64,000 nucleotides of DNA from Candidatus Marinacidobacterales bacterium (GTDB lineage: Bacteria; Acidobacteriota; Vicinamibacteria; Marinacidobacterales; DATDRI01), in the NCBI GenBank assembly GCA_965219415.1, contig CBDCNP010000002.1:128001-192000 (forward strand), in the 5' to 3' direction. Position numbers and translations under genes: made by a program. The notes under the pieces are model-generated. The model did no database searches, had not been told where the DNA came from, and saw nothing but the letters and a program-made list of their open reading frames with translations. Shown here in pieces: positions 57,220 through 64,000 of the stretch. Numbering within the stretch: the first letter of the stretch is position 1; every line of letters starts with the position of its first letter.

Positions 57220-57248
57220 TTGACGGTGCCCTTCCTTTGAACTATCAT
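57220..57248 (+). promoter_or_regulatory. Sigma70-type promoter
   Basis: TTGACG-17 nt-TATCAT upstream of the S55 peptidase gene. Confidence 0.55.
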
Positions 57249-57319
57249 TAGGGTCGGTGAGTCATTCGCCCACAACTTCTTCCGTGTTGCCGACGCGGAT
57301 TCTCGAGGTTCACTTAGGA

Positions 57320-59218
57320 ATGCCCATATCCAGCAGTCGAAAGCTGAAGAGGCGTCTGCCGCTCGTCATTCTCTGGCTCTGGCTTTTCACCGTTTCCTTG
57401 CTTCCCACGCTCGGTGCGGCCTCCCAGGGTGTCGAGACCATTTCGATCGATGCGGTCGAGCCCGGCATGGTAGGTGAAGGTCGCACCGTCTTTTCCGCCG
57501 AGCAGATCGAGACGTTCAAGGTCACGATCATGGGTGTGCTGCGGAACTATGGCCCCAACCAAAACATGATTTTGGCCAAGCTCGAAGGCGGCCCCCTCGC
57601 CGAGACCGGGGTGATCGCCGGAATGAGCGGCAGCCCGGTCTACATTGACGGGAAACTGCTCGGAGCGGTGGCCTACTCCTTCCCGTTCTCCAAGGAACCT
57701 ATCACGGGAATCACCCCCATCTCAGAAATGATCGAAGCCACCGCGACGCCCATTTCACGACGCAAGGTGGCGAAGCTCGACTTTCCGCTCACACCGGAGC
57801 GACTGCGGACCGTCGCACCTCATCGGGTGCGGCCGGTCGCAATCCAGGGCGCGTCGCTCAGCGGAGTCGACCAACTCCGGCCGTATCTGGGGAAACTCCT
57901 TTCTCCTATTGCCACGCCCGCATCACTCAACGGCTTTCTCCCGGAGACCTACGACATTGCGGCCCCTTTGCTGCGGGCGCTCGGGATGGAACCCTTGCTC
58001 GGCGGCGCGATGGTGCCAGGGCTCCAGACCGGCAGCGAGATCGCGGAAATCACCACGCCCAACTCCGAGCTCACGCTGCAGCCGGGCGATGCCGTCGGAG
58101 TAGGACTCATCACGGGAGACATGGATATAAGCGCCACTGGCACCGTGACCCATGTCGACTCATTAACCGGAAGCGTTTACGCGTTCGGCCATCCTCTCTT
58201 CAACCTCGGCCCCATCGAATACCCGATGACCAGAGCCAAGGTGCACTTGGTCCTACCGAGCCTCTACAGCTCCTTCAAGCTGGCGAGCTCCGGCCCTACG
58301 GTGGGAACCTGGCTGCAGGATCGCCACACCGCCATCAAAGGAGCACTTGGTAGCCGGCCGAAGATGATTCCCCTGTCGGTCCGGGTAAAGACCAGTCGAG
58401 AACTAGAGAGATCCTATAACCTCAAGATCGTCAACGACGAGCTCTTCTCACCGGTGCTGGCCTACGTGTCGCTGATGTCCATTCTTCAGTCCACCGAAAG
58501 ACAATTCGGAACTGCAACGGTGAAGGTCTCGGCCTGGATTTCTCTGGTGGACGAGCGACGGGTGCACATCGAGGACATCTTCGCGGACCAGCAACCCGCG
58601 TTGTCTGCATCCGCCATGGCGGCAGCCCCCCTATCCTTCCTCATGACCAACGACTTCCAGAAAGTCGAAGTGGAATCAATGGAGGTCTCGATCGAGGCCA
58701 CCGAGAGCCCGCAAACCGCACGCTTGGTTCGCGCGTGGCTGGACACCGATCGCGTCGCCCCGGGCGGCACCATCTCGTTGAAGCTTTTGCTGCGCTCCTA
58801 TCGTGGTGAGGACGTACTGAAGACGGTCGACGTCGCCATTCCAACCAACGTCGGCGAAGGCAAGCTCAAGCTCCTGGTTGCCGATGCGACCACCATTTCA
58901 GCAATGGAACGTCGCGAGGCGCACAATCGCTTCGAGCCGCGCAATCTGGATCAGCTCATTCGCGCGCTCAACGCACTGCGAAAGAACAATCGCCTTTATG
59001 TGAAGTTGACCAGTCCCGATCGCGAAGGGGCCATCGTCGCGGGAGAGTACCTCTCCTCCCTGCCCCCGAGTGTAATGAACGTCTTGAAAGCAGACCGCTC
59101 GAGCGCGAGCTATATTCCTATCAACAGCTCGACCCTATGGGAGTACGAGCTGGTCACCGATTACAGCCTCAGCGGCGCGCGCGTTCTCGAGATCACGGTG
59201 GGCAACCTTCAAAACTAG
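57320..59218 (+). CDS. Secreted SpoIVB-like peptidase S55 domain protein
   Basis: Signal/TM segment; GVIAGMSGSPVYIDGKLLGAVAY (catalytic Ser motif), AFGHP. Confidence 0.85.
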   Translation: MPISSSRKLKRRLPLVILWLWLFTVSLLPTLGAASQGVETISIDAVEPGMVGEGRTVFSAEQIETFKVTIMGVLRNYGPNQNMILAKLEGGPLAETGVIAGMSGSPVYIDGKLLGAVAYSFPFSKEPITGITPISEMIEATATPISRRKVAKLDFPLTPERLRTVAPHRVRPVAIQGASLSGVDQLRPYLGKLLSPIATPASLNGFLPETYDIAAPLLRALGMEPLLGGAMVPGLQTGSEIAEITTPNSELTLQPGDAVGVGLITGDMDISATGTVTHVDSLTGSVYAFGHPLFNLGPIEYPMTRAKVHLVLPSLYSSFKLASSGPTVGTWLQDRHTAIKGALGSRPKMIPLSVRVKTSRELERSYNLKIVNDELFSPVLAYVSLMSILQSTERQFGTATVKVSAWISLVDERRVHIEDIFADQQPALSASAMAAAPLSFLMTNDFQKVEVESMEVSIEATESPQTARLVRAWLDTDRVAPGGTISLKLLLRSYRGEDVLKTVDVAIPTNVGEGKLKLLVADATTISAMERREAHNRFEPRNLDQLIRALNALRKNNRLYVKLTSPDREGAIVAGEYLSSLPPSVMNVLKADRSSASYIPINSSTLWEYELVTDYSLSGARVLEITVGNLQN

Positions 59219-59268
59219 TGTAGTCCCGAGCTCGCACTCGAACCCCTCAGTCGAAAGGATAGAGATAG

Positions 59269-61521
59269 ATGCACCCCCACCACCGCCCCCTAGTTGTTGC
59301 TTTCTTGTCGGTCTGCGCATTCGCGACTTGGGTAATGGCAGGTCTGCCGACCTTCTGGACGCTAGAAGGCCAACCGGAGTTCCTGACCGGAGAGGTGGAC
59401 GGACTGTCGATCGCCAGCGACGGCGTCATGAGCCTCGCCCCCGCGACCCAAAACCTCTACGAGTCGACCGACCCGTTCTTTTGGAGCTTAGTTTCCGATC
59501 GAGAGGGCAATCTTTACGCCGGAAGCGGCAACAACGGGAAGGTCTACAAGGTGGACCGGGAAGGAAAAGCCACTGTGCTCGTGGACACCAACGAGCTCGA
59601 AGTCCACGGCTTGGCTCTCGACCGTCAAGGGCAAGTGTACGTTGCCACCTCACCGCGCGGCCGCGTGTACAAGGTTAACCGGGACGGAGAGCAACAGGTC
59701 TTCTTCGATCCTGACGATCGCTACATTTGGGCGCTCGCTTTCGACCCTGTCGGGAATCTTCTGGTCGCTACCGGCGACAAAGGCAATCTCTACCGCGTCA
59801 GCCCCTCCGGTGACAGCGAGGTCTTGTTTGCCAGCCAGGAAACGCATCTCATCTGTTTGACCACCGATGCCGACGGAAATATATACGCGGGGAGCGATTC
59901 CAATGGTCTGGTCTTCAAGATCGACTCCCGCGATCGTGTCTCTGTTCTTTTCGATACTCCGTTCCGAGAAGTTCGTGCACTCGTCGTCGACACCGCGGGC
60001 AACGTCTTTGCCGCCACTATCAGCGACACCAAGGGACCGGTGACGCCGACCACCGCGTCGCCGCTCCCCGGAGCGCCCCCTGCCGCGACGCCCCCTCAAG
60101 CCGCACCGGCGGAGGGTGCAACCGAGTCGGTCACGGTTACGGTTTCCGCTTCCCCGATGCCCGCCATGACTTCGACAACCGGAGTCGCCGGATTGCAAGG
60201 AGCGGTTTATCGCATCGGCCCCGAGGGCTCCGCCGAGAGACTCTGGGGGTCCTCTGAAGACCTCCCGCTTTCGCTCAAACTCGAGCGAGACGACCGGGTC
60301 ATGGTCGGAACCGGAAAGAAAGGTCGTATTTTCCTAGTCCGGCAAGACAAGACTAGCTCTTTGCTCCTTCGTGCCGAAGCCGATCAGGTCACGTCCATTT
60401 ATTCCAGCGATGGGCGCAATGTCTTCTTCGCGACCTCGAACCCCGCGAAGATCTATCGATTCGGCACCCGTCGCCGTTCTGAAGGCGAGTACCGCTCGCC
60501 CATCAAGGACACCGCGACCGTTTCTTCGTGGGGAAGGGTCCAGTGGGAAGGCCGCTCGCCGACCGGCACCGGTCTGGGTGTTCAAACGAGAACAGGCAAC
60601 TCCTCGAAACCCGACAATACGTGGAGCGACTGGTCCGCGCCATACACCAACTCCGGTGGCGAGCAGATCACCAGCCCCAAGGGCCGCTTTCTCCAATGGC
60701 GAGCAATCATGAAGACCTCCGACAGTGGCGCAACACCGGAGCTGCTGAAGCTCACTACGGTATACCTGCAACAAAACTTGAGTCCCGAGGTAACGGACAT
60801 CACCCTCCATCCCCCAGGCCTAACGTTCCAGAAACCCCTGGTAACCACCGGCGACATCGAAATTCTGGGTCTCGACGCCCCGCCCGATGCTCCAGGAACG
60901 TCGGACTCGGGAACCGCGAGTACCAACCCGTTTGGCGCTTCTAACCTTCCTCTGACCGCATATAGTCGGAACTTTCACCGAAAGGGTTACCAGACCGTGG
61001 TCTGGACAGCCATCGATCCCAACAATGACACGTTGAGCTACTGCGTTTCATACCGTGCGGAAGGCGAGAGCTCGTGGAAGCCCCTTCGCAAGAACCTACA
61101 TGAAGCGGTGATCGCTTGGGATACCGTGGCCATGCCAGACGGACGATACATGCTTAAGATCGTCGCCAGCGACGCTCCCAGCAACCCCCAAGCCTCTTCT
61201 CTCGCTGGAGAACGAGAGAGCAAACCGTTCGACGTCGATAACACCCCCCCAAGCGTGTCGGATCTGGTGGTGGTGCCGGCCGACGGTGGACATCGCCTGA
61301 CCTTCGTGGCCCTCGACGGCTCCAGCGCGGTACGGAAAGTCGAGTATGCTGTCGACTCCGGCCGGTGGCAGATGATCTATCCCGTCGACGGGATCGCAGA
61401 CTCCCAACGGGAAGAGTTCGACGTTACCGTCACGGGTTATTCCTGGGGGATGCATACGCTCGTTCTCAAGGTGACCGATCTACTTGGGAATGTGGTAACG
61501 GCGCGAGCCGAGCTCCGCTAA
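59269..61521 (+). CDS. Secreted beta-propeller + fibronectin-III-like protein
   Basis: Signal peptide; repeated xDxxGNLYAG/VAT...GxVYKV blades; TRTGNSSKPDNTWSDWS; W.A.DPN.D.L.Y, PDGRY, VDNTPP. Confidence 0.75.
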   Translation: MHPHHRPLVVAFLSVCAFATWVMAGLPTFWTLEGQPEFLTGEVDGLSIASDGVMSLAPATQNLYESTDPFFWSLVSDREGNLYAGSGNNGKVYKVDREGKATVLVDTNELEVHGLALDRQGQVYVATSPRGRVYKVNRDGEQQVFFDPDDRYIWALAFDPVGNLLVATGDKGNLYRVSPSGDSEVLFASQETHLICLTTDADGNIYAGSDSNGLVFKIDSRDRVSVLFDTPFREVRALVVDTAGNVFAATISDTKGPVTPTTASPLPGAPPAATPPQAAPAEGATESVTVTVSASPMPAMTSTTGVAGLQGAVYRIGPEGSAERLWGSSEDLPLSLKLERDDRVMVGTGKKGRIFLVRQDKTSSLLLRAEADQVTSIYSSDGRNVFFATSNPAKIYRFGTRRRSEGEYRSPIKDTATVSSWGRVQWEGRSPTGTGLGVQTRTGNSSKPDNTWSDWSAPYTNSGGEQITSPKGRFLQWRAIMKTSDSGATPELLKLTTVYLQQNLSPEVTDITLHPPGLTFQKPLVTTGDIEILGLDAPPDAPGTSDSGTASTNPFGASNLPLTAYSRNFHRKGYQTVVWTAIDPNNDTLSYCVSYRAEGESSWKPLRKNLHEAVIAWDTVAMPDGRYMLKIVASDAPSNPQASSLAGERESKPFDVDNTPPSVSDLVVVPADGGHRLTFVALDGSSAVRKVEYAVDSGRWQMIYPVDGIADSQREEFDVTVTGYSWGMHTLVLKVTDLLGNVVTARAELR

Positions 61522-61532
61522 GAAGAGCTCTT

Positions 61533-62243
61533 TCAAATATTGCGTTTGGACCGTACTTCTTTGGTCGTAAAAAGATAAAGGAAGTGCACGGCGACTGCCT
61601 GGTCGCCCAAACGCGCCGGCTCGAAACCAGAGGCCCGGACTACCTCGAGCGTTCTCGCCAACATCTTCTCATCGCCACTGCGGTGGATCACTCGCAAATC
61701 ACGTACGTCTCCGTTCTGGTCGATCGACGCCAACGTGAGGAGAGTACCCTCCTTGCCCCGCTCCACTTCGGTGAACGGAAGCATATTCACCGAGCGATCA
61801 CGGAAGCGAGGAGTCGTCATCTGCGTGTGCAGGGTTCACCGCCGGTAGCGGACCGGGATCCCAGCGGGACATCAACGCGCTTTGCGCGGATCCCCTCGAT
61901 AAGTCGAGAAAAAGGACCAACGCCAACAGGCTTAACACGGCTCCCAAACTCACCGCGGGAAAGAGAACCGGTCGTCGCCGACAGCTCAAGAGCTCGTCGC
62001 GGAGGATAGGCACCATGCCCGCAGCTCTTCGTCGACCCTCTGGCGAATCACCTCGGCGAGAGAGGCAGGCGCATCGATGTGAGGAAAGTGTCGTACCGCA
62101 TTGGCGATGTTCGCCAAGCGTCCATACTCGTCTCGACATCGAGGGCATTCGCCCAAGTGCTGTTCGACGAGCTCGCTGGTGTCGGCGGAAACCTCACCGT
62201 CGTGATAGGCCGAAAGCGTTTTGCGATCTGGGGTGTGAAGCAT
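61533..62243 (-). pseudogene. Zinc-finger (ZAS) anti-sigma factor with TM and TonB-C-like domain; two frameshifts (~62015, ~61820)
   Basis: LSAYHDGE...HLGECPRC; TM VLFPAVSLGAVLSLLALVLFL; ASIDQNGDVRDLRV...FEPARLGDQAVAV. Confidence 0.75.
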
Positions 62244-62247
62244 TCGT

Positions 62248-62943
62248 CTACTCCCTCGAGAGCTCTCGAACCCCAGGGTCCAACCGCTCGCGCAAGGTTG
62301 CGCGAGCGCGCGCCAAACGAGACTTCACCGTCCCGATAGCCAGATTCAAGGTTCGGGAGATCTCTTCGTAAGAGAGCCCCTCTATTTCTTTCAATAGAGG
62401 TACCGTCCTTTGCTGGAACGGCAGGGTCGCAATGGCGTCCTGCAAAATCCTACCGAGCTCCTTCCGCTCGAGCGCGCGGTCCGGCAAGAGTGCGGCACTT
62501 ACTCCCACCGAGGTGCTCAATTCCATCGAGCCTTGCCGCTCGGCATCCTCTACCGTCACCGCGGTCATTTCACCTTCTCTACGGCGCCACCATCGCTGGC
62601 GGTTCTTGGCCCGGTTCAAGACGATCCGGTAAATCCACGTGCGGAGCGAGGCCTCGCGGCGGAATGTCCCCAACTTCTTCTAAACCTGAAGGAAGACCTC
62701 TTGGGACAGATCATGCGCTTCGTCGCGGCGGCCGAGCAGTCGCACGGACAAGTTGAACACCAAATCCTGGAACCGCTCCACGATTTGATCGAACGCCGTT
62801 TCGTCGCCCGACAAGAAGCGCTCAACGAGCGCGGTCTCGTCCAAGCTGAGACTAGCCGCTTCGCGCTCCGCCTTGAGCCCAAAGAGCTCTTCAACCCGAA
62901 CCGCGGAGGTGGGTTGAAGCACGGACGCTGGGTCGCTACTCAT
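62248..62943 (-). pseudogene. ECF sigma-70 factor interrupted by an in-frame TAG (62680-62682)
   Basis: GDETAFDQIV...EAHDLSQEVFLQV*KKLGTFRREASLRTWIYRI...EGLSYEEI...GTVKSRLARAR. Confidence 0.85.
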
Positions 62944-63156
62944 GCTTTCCCACGAACGGCGCATTGTCCCCCAACCCCTTTGGCCCATCGTAGCACAGGC
63001 TGTCACAGGCCGACCGATGGTGTGACAGCTGGACCATGGGCTCCATTTCTTTAGACACCGCAAGTCGTCCCCAGGTTCCCTTCTGCAATGACTTGGACAT
63101 TGACTCGATAGTCCCATTTTGCTAACCTGCTGTTGGCGAGGTACTTAGAGCACTCC

Positions 63157-64000
63157 ATGAGGAATTTGGTCTTACCCATCGTGGTCTTGACGGCCACAGT
63201 GGGCTTTTTCGTAGCCGCCTTCCAAGGCTTTTCCCGCGACTATCGGTATGTGCAGCTGGTGAAGCTCGGAGACCAGCTGATGGAGGAGAAGCTGCCGTAT
63301 CAGGCGTCGCGCACCTACGGCTCGGCCATCGGTCTCCGCCCCGACAAACCGCTTGCCTATGTGAAACGGGCGGAAGCGCTGCAGCAGCAGGGCAACTTGG
63401 CAACCGCGCTCGAGGATCTTTCCGAGGCCTCGACGCGAGGCGCCGACGCGATGACGGTCTCATTGCATCAAGCCGACATTTACTATGACCGGGGCAACTT
63501 CGACGAGGCGGTCACCTTCTATTCCGAGGTCCTAGCTCTCGATCCGAACTCTCCCTCTCTCTTGTACAAGCTCGGATTGTCGTGTTTCCGCGCGGGCCAG
63601 GAGGACACGGCCATCGACGTGCTGACCCGTGCGACAGAGGCACAGGACGAATTCGCCGAGGCGTACTACCTGCGGGCAAGCGTTTTTCACGCCGTCGGAC
63701 GCGATGCCGAGGCGGAGGCGGATCTCCTGAAGACGCTAACATTACGGCCCGAAGCTGGCGAGGCTCGCTTGGCGCTTGTCGAGCTTTACATGGATACCGG
63801 CAAGACGACCAGGGCACTCCGCGTGGCGCGGGAAGAGATCGACCGGCAGCCGCAGGCCCCCTCCTCTTACCTCCTGGTCGCAGAGATCCAACGACGGCGC
63901 GGTCACAACGATCAAGCCATCGAGGCCGTCGGGCTCGCCCTCGAACAGGATCCGAACCTCCCCGGTGCCTATTTGCGTCTAGGCCAGTTGTGGTTAGAGG
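63157..64000 (+). CDS. Membrane-anchored TPR-repeat protein; runs off the window end
   Basis: Manual translation: MRNLVLPIVVLTATVGFFVAAF...AYVKRAEALQQQGNLATALEDL...YYDRGNFDEAVTFYSEVLALDPN...; open to 64000. Confidence 0.85.
   Translation, partial: MRNLVLPIVVLTATVGFFVAAFQGFSRDYRYVQLVKLGDQLMEEKLPYQASRTYGSAIGLRPDKPLAYVKRAEALQQQGNLATALEDLSEASTRGADAMTVSLHQADIYYDRGNFDEAVTFYSEVLALDPNSPSLLYKLGLSCFRAGQEDTAIDVLTRATEAQDEFAEAYYLRASVFHAVGRDAEAEADLLKTLTLRPEAGEARLALVELYMDTGKTTRALRVAREEIDRQPQAPSSYLLVAEIQRRRGHNDQAIEAVGLALEQDPNLPGAYLRLGQLWLE

Noticed and set aside
62680-62682. Pyrrolysine or amber recoding in the ECF sigma factor
   Set aside because: TAG is used as a normal stop by many genes here, no pyl genes are present, and the position is normally aromatic; a nonsense mutation or error is simpler.
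1-64000. CRISPR arrays, rRNA genes, prophage or recognisable defence operons
   Set aside because: No regularly spaced repeats, rRNA-like sequence, or phage structural/cas genes were seen.

Overview
A GC-rich bacterial chromosome segment. It is probably Acidobacteriota (Vicinamibacteria-like); this is an inference from gene content. Intact housekeeping blocks: hflK-hflC, convergent valS/ileS, tRNA-Lys/tRNA-Glu, purA, trxA-trxB-tlpA, rsmA-rnj-uppP-ftsK-amidase, and a ~12 kb mixed histidine + aromatic (tyrosine-branch) operon (aroDE-hisZGDCBHAF(IE)-chorismate mutase-aroF-tyrA-HAD). Between them lie decaying accessory genes (MFS, copper amine oxidase, kinase-cyclase-STAND fusion, TonB receptor, arylsulfatase, HAD, ECF sigma/anti-sigma), a truncated ISL3 and an intact IS110. 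Main findings not shown by the ORF track: (1) a 39-codon leader peptide ending ...FAHLTYHRYHYGA, followed by protector, antiterminator and terminator helices, which looks like a dual His/Tyr-sensing attenuator for the joint His+Tyr operon; (2) an IS110 whose left non-coding end carries segments matching its own target flank and donor junction (bridge RNA); (3) a DsrE-family UxxC selenoprotein read through an in-frame UGA; (4) an IleRS with HNGH/KESKS motifs and a ~113-aa insertion; (5) a ~165-bp inversion inside a TonB receptor gene, plus several deletion scars. All calls are by eye from the sequence; no searches were run.
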